Below, piece by piece: positions 29,958 through 40,185 of a DNA stretch of 64,000 bases. The first letter of the stretch is position 1. The number at the start of each line of letters is the position of its first letter. The DNA comes from Alphaproteobacteria bacterium (lineage in GTDB: Bacteria; Pseudomonadota; Alphaproteobacteria; SHVZ01): assembly GCA_016869285.1 (NCBI GenBank), contig VGEN01000003.1, forward strand, positions 150 through 64,149, written 5' to 3'. Both the position numbers and the translations under genes were made by a program. The notes beneath the pieces are model-generated. The model made no database searches. It worked only from the letters and a program-made list of their open reading frames with translations, and had not been told where the DNA came from.

Positions 29958-32900
29958 TGGACCTCGACCGCCACCTCGGCGTTGCCGGCCGCATCGAGGT
30001 CGGCGGGGTGCCGGAGGGCGTCGATGCGCGCCTGATCGCGAACCTCGTCCGCGCCGCGCCGGGGCGCCCGGTGCTACACATCGCCCGCGACGATGCGCGG
30101 CTCGCGCGTCTCTGCGAGGCGCTGGCGTTCTTCGCGCCCGGGATCGAGGTCGTCGCGGTCCCGGCCTGGGATTGCCTTCCCTATGACCGCGTCTCGCCGA
30201 ATCCCGAGATCGTCGCCCGCCGGATCGATGCGCTGACAAGGCTCTCGACCACGGCGGTCCCCGCGACCGGCCGCGCCGTCGTCACCACGATCGCCGGCGC
30301 GCTGCAGCGGCTGCCGACGCGGCAGGTGTTCACGGCTTCGGTTCGGCGCCTTGCCAAGGGCAGCCGTGCCAATGTCAACGAGCTGGTCGAGTTCCTGCGC
30401 CACACCGGCTACCGGCGATCGGACACCGTGCGCGAGGCCGGCGAGTTCGCGCTTCGCGGCGGCATCCTCGATGTCTTCCCGCCAGGATCGGTCGAGCCGC
30501 TCCGTGTCGACTTCTTCGGCGACGAGATCGACGGCCTGCGCAGCTTCGATCCGATGACGCAGCTGACCACGGGCAAGCACGATGCCGTGCTGTTCCAGCC
30601 GGTCAGCGAGGCGATGCTGGACCCGGCATCGATCCAGCGCTTCCGGTCGGGCTATCGCGGTGCTTTCGGCGCCGATACCGCCGATCCGCTCTACGAGGCG
30701 GTTAGCGCCGGCCGGCACCACGCCGGCATGGAGCATTGGCTGCCGTTGTTTCACGAGAGGCTCGAGCTGATCCTCGACTACCTGCCGGATGCCCGCGTGA
30801 CGCTCGACCCCGAGGCCGACCCGGCCTTCGCCGCGCGCTTCGAGATGATCGCCGAATATTTCGAGGCGAGGCAGTCGATGGGCAAGGTCAGCGCCGAGGA
30901 GGGACTGCCCTACAAGCCGCTGCCGCCGGACAGGCTCTATCCGAGCGCCGAGGAGTGGCAGGCCCGCCTGCTGGAGCGCCCAGTCGCCGCCTTCTCGCCC
31001 TTCGCCGGCCCCGGTCGCGATGCCGGCGGCCGCCTCGGCCACGACTTCGCCGCCGCCCGCGCCGCGCCGGAGATCAATCTCTACGACGCCGTCCGCCAGC
31101 ACCTGGACGCGCTCACCGGCGAGGGCAGGAAGGTGACGATCGCCGCCCATACCGAGGGATCGGCGGATCGGCTCGCGCATCTGCTCGGCGAGCACGGGGT
31201 GAAGAGCCTCCTGCCGGTGCCGGATGGGCGCGCGCTCGATCTGCTGGCGCCGGGACAGGTCGGCATGGCCGTGCTGGGGCTCGAGCGCGGTTTCGTCCAC
31301 GATGGAGTGGCGCTGGTCGCCGAGGCCGACATCCTCGGCGAGCGCCTGTCTCGCCCGCAACGCCGCCGCCGCAAGGGCGAGGATTTCCTCAAGGAAGCTT
31401 CGACGCTGACCCAGGGCGATCTCGTCGTCCATGTCGAGCACGGCATCGGCCGCTACGACGGTTTGGTGACGCTGGAGGTTTCGGGGGCGCCGCACGACTG
31501 CCTGCGCGTGCTCTATGCCGGAAACGACAAGCTGTTCGTGCCGGTCGAGAACATCGAGGTGCTGTCGCGTTACGGCTCCGAGGACGCCGACGCGCAGCTC
31601 GACCGTCTCGGCGGCGCCGGCTGGCAGGCGCGGAAGGCACGGGTCAAGCAGAAGATCCGCGACATCGCCGACCGCCTGATCAAGATCGCAGCCGAGCGCG
31701 AGGTCCGGAAGGGCGAGACGGTGAACGTGCCCGAAGGGCTCTACGAGGAGTTCTGCGCGCGTTTCCCCTATGCCGAGACCGACGACCAGCTCCGCGCCAT
31801 AGGCGACACCGTCGACGATCTCGGCTCCGGCAAGCCGATGGACCGGCTTATCTGCGGCGATGTCGGCTTCGGCAAGACCGAGGTGGCGTTGCGTGCCGCC
31901 TTCTTGGGCCTGATGTCGGGCATGCAGGTCGCGGTCGTGGTGCCGACGACCTTGCTCTGCCGCCAGCATGTGCAGACCTTCACCCAGCGCTTCTCTGGCT
32001 TGCCGGTCCGCATCGGCCAGCTCTCGCGCCTGGTCAGCGCCAAGGACGCCGCCGAGACCAAGAAGCGGCTCGCTGACGGCACCCTAGAGCTTGTCATCGG
32101 CACCCACGCCCTGCTGGCGAAGTCGATCAAGTTCGCCAATCTCGGCCTCCTGATCGTCGATGAGGAGCAGCATTTCGGCGTTGGCCAGAAGGAGCGCCTG
32201 AAGGAACTGCGGGCCGACGTCCATGTGCTGACGCTGACGGCGACGCCGATCCCGCGCACTCTCCAGATGGCGCTCTCGGGCGTGCGCGAGATGAGCGTGA
32301 TCGCGACGCCGCCGGTCGATCGGCTTGCCGTCCGCACCTTCGTGCTGCCCTACGATCCCGTCATCATCCGCGAGGCGATCCTTCGCGAGCACTATCGCGG
32401 CGGCCAGACCTTCTATGTCTGCCCGCGCATCGAGGATCTGCCGGCGGTGGCTGAGCGGCTGGCCAAGCTGGTGCCCGAGATCAAGGTCGGACAGGCGCAT
32501 GGCAAGCTGTCGCCGACGGCGCTCGAATCGGTGATGACCCGCTTCGTCGACCGCGAGTTCGACGTGCTGCTCTCGACTAACATCGTCGAGTCCGGCCTCG
32601 ACATCCCGTCTGCCAACACGCTGATCATCCATCGCGCCGACATGTTCGGCCTGGCCCAGCTCTATCAGCTGCGCGGCCGCGTCGGGCGCTCGAAGATCCG
32701 GGCCTATGCCTACATGACGCTGCCGCCCAACAAGAGGCTGACGGCGACGGCGCAGCGCCGGCTCGAGGTCATGCAGACCCTCGACACGCTGGGCGCCGGC
32801 TTCGCGCTCGCCTCGCACGATCTCGACATCCGCGGTGCCGGCAACCTGCTCGGCGAGGAGCAGTCGGGCCACATCCGGGAGGTCGGCATCGAGCTCTACC

Positions 32901-33409
32901 AGCAGCTGCTCGAGGAAGCGGTCGCCAATGCCCGCGGCGGCGGCGGCGAGGTCCAGGAGCAGTGGACGCCGCAGATCTCGATCGGCACGCCGGTGCTGAT
33001 CCCCGAGAGCTATGTCGCCGACCTCTCCGTGCGGCTCGGCCTCTACCGCAGGCTCTCGCTGCTGGTCGACCAGCAGGAGATCGATGCCTTCGCCGCGGAG
33101 CTGGTCGACCGCTTCGGCAAGCTGCCGGACGAGGTCTCGAACCTGCTCGAGATCATCGCGATCAAGCGCCTCTGCCGCCAGGCCGGCGTCGAGAAGGTCG
33201 AGGCCGGGCCTAAGGGCGCCGTCGTCACGCTCCGCCACAATACCTTCGTCAAGCCCGACAAGCTGATCGACTTCATCACCCGCCAGGTCGGCACCGCCCG
33301 GGTCCGCCCCGACCAGAAGATCGTCTTCCAGCGCGGCTGGGAGGACGAGAAAACCCGCATCCAGGGCATGCGCCGCCTGATGGGCGACCTCGCCAAGATC
33401 GCAGCGTGA
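29957..33409 (+). CDS. mfd: Transcription-repair coupling factor
   Basis: The ATG overlaps the sdhE stop. Motifs PAWDCLPYDRVSP, VVHVEHGIGRY, CGDVGFGKTEVA, DEEQHFGV and HDLDIRGAGNLLGEEQSGHI. Confidence 0.98.
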   Translation: MDLDRHLGVAGRIEVGGVPEGVDARLIANLVRAAPGRPVLHIARDDARLARLCEALAFFAPGIEVVAVPAWDCLPYDRVSPNPEIVARRIDALTRLSTTAVPATGRAVVTTIAGALQRLPTRQVFTASVRRLAKGSRANVNELVEFLRHTGYRRSDTVREAGEFALRGGILDVFPPGSVEPLRVDFFGDEIDGLRSFDPMTQLTTGKHDAVLFQPVSEAMLDPASIQRFRSGYRGAFGADTADPLYEAVSAGRHHAGMEHWLPLFHERLELILDYLPDARVTLDPEADPAFAARFEMIAEYFEARQSMGKVSAEEGLPYKPLPPDRLYPSAEEWQARLLERPVAAFSPFAGPGRDAGGRLGHDFAAARAAPEINLYDAVRQHLDALTGEGRKVTIAAHTEGSADRLAHLLGEHGVKSLLPVPDGRALDLLAPGQVGMAVLGLERGFVHDGVALVAEADILGERLSRPQRRRRKGEDFLKEASTLTQGDLVVHVEHGIGRYDGLVTLEVSGAPHDCLRVLYAGNDKLFVPVENIEVLSRYGSEDADAQLDRLGGAGWQARKARVKQKIRDIADRLIKIAAEREVRKGETVNVPEGLYEEFCARFPYAETDDQLRAIGDTVDDLGSGKPMDRLICGDVGFGKTEVALRAAFLGLMSGMQVAVVVPTTLLCRQHVQTFTQRFSGLPVRIGQLSRLVSAKDAAETKKRLADGTLELVIGTHALLAKSIKFANLGLLIVDEEQHFGVGQKERLKELRADVHVLTLTATPIPRTLQMALSGVREMSVIATPPVDRLAVRTFVLPYDPVIIREAILREHYRGGQTFYVCPRIEDLPAVAERLAKLVPEIKVGQAHGKLSPTALESVMTRFVDREFDVLLSTNIVESGLDIPSANTLIIHRADMFGLAQLYQLRGRVGRSKIRAYAYMTLPPNKRLTATAQRRLEVMQTLDTLGAGFALASHDLDIRGAGNLLGEEQSGHIREVGIELYQQLLEEAVANARGGGGEVQEQWTPQISIGTPVLIPESYVADLSVRLGLYRRLSLLVDQQEIDAFAAELVDRFGKLPDEVSNLLEIIAIKRLCRQAGVEKVEAGPKGAVVTLRHNTFVKPDKLIDFITRQVGTARVRPDQKIVFQRGWEDEKTRIQGMRRLMGDLAKIAA

Positions 33410-33486
33410 AGCCCGGAATTGTCGCAGCTGCGACGAACGGCGACGTCCATCTTTTACTTGCCGTGCACGCACCTATATCAGTGTGC

Positions 33487-33891
33487 ATGTCGTTGACCGC
33501 ATCACGTATTCCTAAGACGGTGCAGACGGGCAGCCGGTTGCTCGACGGCATCGAATCTCCCTGCGATCCGACCGAGCCCAAGGTCTGGTCGGAGAGCATG
33601 GGTACGCCGGGGCGATGCGTGCCCGGCGTGCGCTTCCGTTCCCTCGAAGCCGGCGCCAAGCTGCTGTCGCCGAAGAACCGCATCCTGCTGCGCACGATCG
33701 CCGAGCGTAAGCCGCAATCGGTGACGGCGCTCGCCGCCATGACCGGGCGGACGGGACAGAACGTGCTCCGCACCCTCAACAAGATGGCCGCCGTCGGCCT
33801 CATCCGGCTCAACCGCGAGGACGGTCGCGCGCGGCGGCCGGTGCTGGCCGTTCGCAAGATCCACGTCGAGATCGACCTCCTGGCCGGCTGA
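33487..33891 (+). CDS. HVO_A0114-like winged-HTH protein (putative orphan antitoxin/regulator)
   Basis: FRSLEAGAKLLSPKNRILLRTIAERKPQSVTALAAMTGR..NVLRTLNKM..GLIRL; start uncertain. Confidence 0.7.
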   Translation: MSLTASRIPKTVQTGSRLLDGIESPCDPTEPKVWSESMGTPGRCVPGVRFRSLEAGAKLLSPKNRILLRTIAERKPQSVTALAAMTGRTGQNVLRTLNKMAAVGLIRLNREDGRARRPVLAVRKIHVEIDLLAG

Positions 33892-33945
33892 GCGCTGCCG
33901 GCCGAGGCTCCCGCGCCCTTGCCGCCGGGGGGCGCTCCTGTCAGA

Positions 33946-33963
33946 CTTTCACAAAACTGTCAT
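33946..33963 (+). promoter_or_regulatory. Pho box (PhoB binding site)
   Basis: CTTTCAC-AAAA-CTGTCAT: two half-sites 11 bp apart with an A-rich spacer, about 60 bp upstream of the ABC ATPase start. Confidence 0.7.
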
Positions 33964-34023
33964 GTCATGAAACCGACACGAAGCCCGCCGCAAAGAGCGG
34001 GCGAGCAGGGAAGGAAAGTCGGC

Positions 34024-35115
34024 ATGGCCGGCGCCGCGCTGGAGATCGACCGGGTCGAGGCCGCCTATGGCGCGACCCGGGTGCTGAAGGGCGTCTCGCT
34101 CGCTGTCCGGCCGGGCGAGTTCGTGGCGCTGCTCGGCTCCTCCGGCTGCGGCAAGACCACCTTGCTGCGCGCGGTTTCGGGCTTCGTTCCCATCGCGGCG
34201 GGCCGCATCTCGGTCGACGGCCGCGACATCTCCGGCCTGCCGCCGGACAAGCGCGACATGGCGATGGTCTTCCAGTCCTACGCGCTGTGGCCGCACATGA
34301 CCGCGGCCGGGAACATCGGCTACGGCCTCAAGCTGCGCGGATGGGGCAAGGCGCGGATCGCCGAGCGTGTCGGCCAGATGCTGGCGATGCTCAAGCTCGA
34401 CGGCCTCGGCGAGCGGATGGTGACGCAGCTCTCCGGCGGCCAGCGCCAGCGCGTCGCGCTCGGCCGCGCGCTGGCGATCGATCCGCGCATCCTGCTGCTC
34501 GACGAGCCGCTGTCGAACTTGGACGCTCGCATCCGCGAGGATGTCCGCCACGAGATCAAGGCGCTGCAGAACAAGCTCGGCATCACCGCGATCCATGTGA
34601 CGCATGATCGCGAGGAGGCGATGGTCATGGCCGACCGCATCGTCATCCTCGATGCCGGAGAGATCGCCCAGGTGGGTTCGCCCGAGGAGGTCTACAACCG
34701 TCCGGCCTCCGCCTTCGTCGCTTCCTTCATGGGGGCGGGCAACGTCGTGCGCCTGGCGGCGAGGCGCGACGGCAGCGGCCTCGTGCTCGGCGCCGGGGAG
34801 CTCTCCAACGAGATTCAGGTGCCCGTCGCCGCCGTCTCGGGTCCGGCCGACGGCCAGGTCGTCGCGCATTTCCGTGGCGAGGCGGCGACTCTCGGCGCCG
34901 CCGATGCGGATGAGGCGGGCAAGCTCATCCTGCGCGGCCGCATCGCGCAGGCCTCGTATCCCGGAGGGCATTGGCGCTACGGCGTCGCCGTCGGCACGCA
35001 GCACTTCATGGTCGACGATCCGCGCCGGCTTCCTGTCGGCGAGCCGGTCGGCATCGGCCTTCCTTTGTCGTCGCTCCACCTGTTCGCCGCCGGTTCGCCG
35101 GCGGATCGCGCCTAG
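34024..35115 (+). CDS. ABC transporter ATPase (PotA/FbpC-like)
   Basis: GSSGCGKTT, VFQSYALWPHM, LSGGQRQR, DEPLSNLD and HVTHDREEA, plus a TOBE-like C-terminus. Confidence 0.92.
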   Translation: MAGAALEIDRVEAAYGATRVLKGVSLAVRPGEFVALLGSSGCGKTTLLRAVSGFVPIAAGRISVDGRDISGLPPDKRDMAMVFQSYALWPHMTAAGNIGYGLKLRGWGKARIAERVGQMLAMLKLDGLGERMVTQLSGGQRQRVALGRALAIDPRILLLDEPLSNLDARIREDVRHEIKALQNKLGITAIHVTHDREEAMVMADRIVILDAGEIAQVGSPEEVYNRPASAFVASFMGAGNVVRLAARRDGSGLVLGAGELSNEIQVPVAAVSGPADGQVVAHFRGEAATLGAADADEAGKLILRGRIAQASYPGGHWRYGVAVGTQHFMVDDPRRLPVGEPVGIGLPLSSLHLFAAGSPADRA

Positions 35116-35141
35116 ATCCCGTTCACTGAAGGAGGACCGTG

Positions 35142-36287
35142 ATGAAACCAATCTTAAAGCTTGCGACGGCCGCGGCCTTGGCCCTCGCTCTCGCCCCGGC
35201 CGGGGCGAACGCGCAGAGGGTCACGCTCAACGTGATCACCGCCGGCGACCAGAACATGGTCGACTATGTGAAGGATTATCTCGGCCCGATCTTCCAGAAG
35301 TCGAACCCGAACGTGACGATCAGCTCGGTCGGCACCGGCCCCGGCGATGCCGGCTCGCAGAAGATCGCCGAGAAGATCATCGCGCAGAAGGACAGGGCGA
35401 GCTGGGACGTCGATGTCGCCGTGATCCATCAGAAGATGGCGGGCGACCTCGTGCAGGCAGGCCTCCTCGCGCCCTATACCAAGGACATCGCCTCCGGGAA
35501 GATGGTGACCTCCGACAACTCGAAGATGGCGCTCGGCGCCAAGGTCGAGGGCTACGTCATCCCGATGTTCAACAGCCAGACGGCGATCGCCTACAACCCG
35601 GCGCTGGTGAAGAACCCACCCAAGACCTATGCCGATATCGAGGCATGGTCGAAGGCCAACCCGAAGCAGTTCGGCTACAACGGCATCAAGGGCGGCATGT
35701 CCGGCGTCAGCTTCGTCGTCGGCTGGGTCTATGCCAATGCCAAGGACGCGAACAAGCTGGCGAACGGTCCCTACGATGCGAACGAGAAGGCGAGCTGGGA
35801 CCCGGCGCTCGCCAAGCTCAAGGAGTTCAACAAGACCGCGACGATCACGCCCGGCAACGCCGGCACTCTCGACATGCTGAACCGCGGCGAGATCGCCATG
35901 GGCCCGGTCTGGGTCGATATGTTCTACACCTGGATGGCCGATGGGAAGCTGCCGCCGACGATGAAGCTGAGCCTGGTCGGCCCCGGCATGCCCGGCCAGC
36001 CGATGTACTATGTGATCCCGGCCAAGGCCGCGAACATGGAGGCAGCGAAGAAGTTCATCGAGATCGCGACCAGCCCGGCGGTGCAGGCCGACGGCATCGT
36101 CAGGAAGTTCAACTGGTATCCGGGCATCGACGCACAACACGTCAAGAGCCAGCTTGACGACGCCACCTGGAACAAGCTGTTCGTCGACGTGACGCCGCAG
36201 GAGCTGGCCTCGAAGGGCAAGTCCTTCCCGATCAAGCAGTACTTCGACGACATCCTCGAGGCCTATGAAAAGAAGGTCGTGAACTGA
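35142..36287 (+). CDS. ABC transporter periplasmic solute-binding protein
   Basis: Sec signal peptide (MKPILKLATAAALALALAPAGANA); GGAGGA RBS; lies between the ATPase and the permeases. Confidence 0.9.
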   Translation: MKPILKLATAAALALALAPAGANAQRVTLNVITAGDQNMVDYVKDYLGPIFQKSNPNVTISSVGTGPGDAGSQKIAEKIIAQKDRASWDVDVAVIHQKMAGDLVQAGLLAPYTKDIASGKMVTSDNSKMALGAKVEGYVIPMFNSQTAIAYNPALVKNPPKTYADIEAWSKANPKQFGYNGIKGGMSGVSFVVGWVYANAKDANKLANGPYDANEKASWDPALAKLKEFNKTATITPGNAGTLDMLNRGEIAMGPVWVDMFYTWMADGKLPPTMKLSLVGPGMPGQPMYYVIPAKAANMEAAKKFIEIATSPAVQADGIVRKFNWYPGIDAQHVKSQLDDATWNKLFVDVTPQELASKGKSFPIKQYFDDILEAYEKKVVN

Positions 36288-36317
36288 GCCGTCTCCTCTA
36301 AGTCGGAGTGGTGGCTA

Positions 36318-36408
36318 CCCCCCACCCCAACCCTCCCCCGCAAGGGGGGAGGGGGCGCGAGACGTTTCGTAACCCTCCCCCCTCCGTGGGGGAGGGTAGG
36401 GTGGGGGG
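36318..36408. repeat. REP-like palindromic element, same family as 11010..11128
   Basis: CCCCCCACCCCAACCCTCCCCCGCAAGGGGGGAGGG followed by an inverted copy ending GGGGGAGGGTAGGGTGGGGGG. Confidence 0.8.
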
Positions 36409-36412
36409 CTGA

Positions 36413-37246
36413 GTGGCAAGTTCCCGCCTCATCGGCCTTCTCCTGGTCGCGCCGGCGCTTCTCGCCGTCGGCGCGCTCTTCGTCTATCCGCTGGGATTCT
36501 CGGTCGCGACCGCCTTCACGACGAAGGAAGGCATCCTCACCCTCGGCAACTTCTATCGCGCCTTCGAGCTCTACTCGGTCGATATCGGGTTCACGCTGGT
36601 CATCGTCGGCGCCTCGACGCTGCTCTGCGGCCTGCTGGCCATCGCCATCGGCGGCTACCTGACGCTCGGCGAGAACCCGCGCGCAGTCGCCATCCTGAAA
36701 TGGCTCTATCGCTGGCCGCTGTTCATCCCCTTCGTCGTCGCCGCCCAGTGCATGCGCACCTTCATCGCCAAGAACGGGCTGATGAACAATTCGCTGGTCT
36801 CGCTCGGCATCCTCGAGCCGATCCAGACCACGAGCCTCCTCGACTGGCGCGGCATCGTCATCACCTTCGTCTGGAAGCAGACGCCGTTCGTGGCGCTGCT
36901 GGTCGCCGGCGCCATGGCCTCGCTCGACCGCTCGACCATCGAGGCGGCGCGCAACCTCGGCGCCGGCCGGCTCCGCATCCTGATCGAGATCGTGACGCCA
37001 CAGGTGCTGCCGACGCTGGTCGTGGCGCTGATCCTCTCCTTCGTTACCATGATGTCGGTCTTGAGCGTGCCGATCATGATCTCCGGCGAGTCGCCGACGA
37101 TGATGACCGTCGACATGGCCTTCCGCATCAACGCCTATGGCGACTACGGCACCGCCAACGCGCTCGGCGTGCTCTCCTACCTGATGACAGGGGCGGTCGC
37201 CTGGATTTATCTTCGCCGCGGCATCCGGCAGGGCGGCAAGCCGTGA
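36413..37246 (+). CDS. ABC transporter permease
   Basis: Multiple hydrophobic segments and the EAA motif IEAARNLGA. Confidence 0.9.
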   Translation: MASSRLIGLLLVAPALLAVGALFVYPLGFSVATAFTTKEGILTLGNFYRAFELYSVDIGFTLVIVGASTLLCGLLAIAIGGYLTLGENPRAVAILKWLYRWPLFIPFVVAAQCMRTFIAKNGLMNNSLVSLGILEPIQTTSLLDWRGIVITFVWKQTPFVALLVAGAMASLDRSTIEAARNLGAGRLRILIEIVTPQVLPTLVVALILSFVTMMSVLSVPIMISGESPTMMTVDMAFRINAYGDYGTANALGVLSYLMTGAVAWIYLRRGIRQGGKP

Positions 37247-38046
37247 CCGGACTTGCCTGGCTGCCGCGCGCGATCGTTCTCGGCCTCATCGCGTTTGCGA
37301 TTTTCGGGCCGCTTGCCAACCTGGCGCTCTGGGCCGCCGCTGAGCAGTGGTACTTCCCGCACAAGCTGCCGGTCGTATACGGCCTGAAATTCTGGCACCA
37401 GGTGTTCAAGCCGAGCTCGGATGCGATCGTGTCGCTCGGCAACTCCGTGGTGATCGCGCTGCTGACGGTCGTCGTCAGCCTTGCTCTTGCCGTACCGGCG
37501 GGCTACGCCCTCGCACGGCTCAGCCTGCCGCTGCGCGGGTTGATCATGCTGGCCTTCCTACTGCCGCAGGCCTTTCCATCGGTCGCCGTCTACATCAACG
37601 TCGCCCGCATCTTCTATTCCTTCGGCCTCAACGGCACGATCGCCGGCGTCGTCCTCGTCCATGCGGTGCACGGCCTCGTCTTCGCCGTCTGGATCGCGTC
37701 CGCAGCCTTCGCCGCGGTCGATCGCGACCTCGAGCTGGCCGCGCGCAATATCGGCGCTGGGCCGCTTCGCACCTTCTTCACCGTGACCCTGCCGCTGGCG
37801 GCACCCGGCATCGTCGCCTCGGCGATCTTCGTCTTCCTTGAGTCGCTCGACGAGTTCACCGGCACATTCTTCGTCGGCGTGCCGGACGTGACGACGCTGC
37901 CGCTGCTCATGTTCACCGCATCCGTGGCGGGCAACTACCAGATCGCGGCGATCACTGCGCTGATTCTGCTGGTGCCGTCGGTCGGCTTCATGCTCTTCGT
38001 CGAGCGCTTCCTCAAGGCCGATGTGCTCGCCAAGGTAGGAACCTAG
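37243..38046 (+). CDS. ABC transporter permease
   Basis: GTG start overlapping the upstream stop (GTGA); LELAARNIGA..FFTVTLPLAAPG and SLDEF. Confidence 0.9.
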   Translation: MTGLAWLPRAIVLGLIAFAIFGPLANLALWAAAEQWYFPHKLPVVYGLKFWHQVFKPSSDAIVSLGNSVVIALLTVVVSLALAVPAGYALARLSLPLRGLIMLAFLLPQAFPSVAVYINVARIFYSFGLNGTIAGVVLVHAVHGLVFAVWIASAAFAAVDRDLELAARNIGAGPLRTFFTVTLPLAAPGIVASAIFVFLESLDEFTGTFFVGVPDVTTLPLLMFTASVAGNYQIAAITALILLVPSVGFMLFVERFLKADVLAKVGT

Positions 38047-38124
38047 ATCGAGGGCGGCGGCATTGACCTGACCGGCGCGAATCGCGGATTGTGAACTCCG
38101 GGTAGCGCTGGTCAGGACGGGCCG

Positions 38125-40185
38125 TTGACTCAATCGAAGCTGCTGCAGGTAGCCAGGACGTACCACCAGACGGGACGGCTGGCAGCGGCAGAGGCAATCT
38201 ACCGCCGGATCGCGGCCGATGACCCCGGTCTCAAGGCGGTCGTCTTTCACGCTCTCGGCGTCATTGCCTTTCAGCAGGGCCGGCACCACGTTGCGGCCGA
38301 TCAGATTGCCAAGGCGATCGATGCCGATGACTCGAGACCGGAGTTCCACGTCGATCTCTCGCATGCGCTGCAGCATGTGCGGCAGCTGGCCGCCGCCATA
38401 GCGGCAGCCGAGCGCGCGACCGCCCTCGGTGAGCGTTCTATCTCGTTCCTGTCGCATCTATTCGGGCTCTATCTCGACGAGGATCGCCCTGGCGACGCAA
38501 TTGCCTTGGTCGAGCGGATGGAGGCCGACGACGCCATCGGCGCCGATCCGGCGGCGCGACGCGAACGCGGGCGAATGCGCCGCATCGTCGGCGATGCGGC
38601 GGGTGCCAGCTACGACCTCTTCGGAGCCCTCGCTGATCGGCCTGCGCTTTCGACGGCGTGGCATCAGCTTGGCCTTATCGCCCGGTTGTCCGGCGACGAT
38701 GCGCGGTCGGTCCTCTGCTACGAGCGCGCATTGGCGTGCGCGGGCCCCAATCCCGATCTGATCTTCGACAAGGGGCTGGCGCTGCAGCGCATGCGCCGGA
38801 TCGAGGAGGCGCGCGCCTGTTTCCGCGAGGTGAGTTTCGTCAAGACCTACACGATGTGCTACGGCGCTGACATCGAGCTGGACTTTTCCGATCTCGACAT
38901 CGGTCCGCACCGGGCGGAGTCGGTGCGGCAACGGGGGCTGGAGGCGGAGCGCTCGGGTCGAGACATCGAGGCGGTAGCGCTTTTCGGCCTGGCCTCATCG
39001 CTGATGCCGAAGGACAGGCGCGGCCGCCAGGATCTGGACCGGGTCCTTGCACGACTGGGCAAGCGGCGGGTCAAGTTCCAGTTCCTATTTCATCCTTCGA
39101 TGATGATCGCGACCGAACCGGATATGTTCATGCGGCGTGTGCAGCTCGGTCAGATTCCAGACGACCTGCTGGTTGTCTTCCTGTCCGGAACGCGACCGGC
39201 CAACCACACGCTCATCACAATGTGGCGCCGGCAGCTTCCTCTCCTCGTCGACGATCATCTCTACTATTCGATGCTGGAAGCGTTGCTGCCCGGGTTGCGG
39301 GCAACCGTCGGTCTACTCTGGGCGGACCTGTACGAGAACTACGCGCATCCTGCGAGTCATGCCGTCCTCTCGTTCACCTCGGAAGAGATGGAACGGGGAC
39401 GTGCCGGGCTTCGCCGCCTCAGCATCGATCCGGACAGGGACTGGTTCGTTTGCGCCTTCGCCCGCGACCTCGGCTGGTCGAAGCGGCTCTTCTCCGGCTT
39501 GACCGATACCTACACCCCGTTTCGCAATGCCGACATCAACAGCTACCGGCTGGCGATGCAGCACATCGTCGATCGAGGCGGCACGGTGGTGCGGATCGGT
39601 GCCGGCGTAGAGTAGCCGCTGGACATGGTGCACCCGAAGGTCATCGACTATGCGATGACGGCGCGCGAAGACTTCATGGACATATTCCTGGTCGCCCACT
39701 GCCGCTTCGTGATGGGGACGCCGGCCGGCATCACCGATTGCGGCAAGCTGTTCGATCGACCCTGCCTGTTCGTGAACAGCGTCTTCATCGGACATTGCCC
39801 CCCCGGAAAGCAGGCGCTCCATGTGCCGAAACGGCTGGTGCGAAGAACGACGGGCGAGCCTGTGCCGATCGACGAGTACCTCGGGCACTTCCGCGACGCT
39901 GCCGATCCGGTCGCCGAGGTCTTCACCGATGGCGGCCTGGCGCGCAACGACTATGCGTATGTCGATAATTCGCCCGAGGAGATACTTGAGGCGACCAAAG
40001 AAATGATCGACATGATCGAGGGCCGTTGGGGCAAGGACCCGGCCGACCAGGAGCTGCTCGAGCGCTACTTCGCCCTTTTCGGCAGCATTCCGCACACCCA
40101 GGCCGGCAGCTCGGCGCGCGTGCGCCAGCCGATGGCGCTCTCCCACCTCCGGCGCTATCGCTCCTGGTACTTTCCCGAGGGCTAA
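38125..40185 (+). pseudogene. TPR-repeat + TIGR04372-like putative glycosyltransferase, split by one in-frame TAG (39613-39615)
   Basis: N-terminal TPR helices, then WFVCAFARD, FRNADI..Y and GGTVVRIG | TAG | PLDM.HPKVIDYA, DFMDIFL..CRF..GT..G and DNSPEEI. Both track ORFs share one frame. Confidence 0.75.

Noticed and set aside
11010-36408. C/G-rich repeats as a CRISPR array or IS ends
   Set aside because: There are only two dispersed loci, with no repeat-spacer periodicity and no cas or transposase genes.
39613-39615. Pyrrolysine recoding of the TAG
   Set aside because: No pyl genes are in the window, it is not expected in this lineage, and many genes here use TAG as a normal stop.
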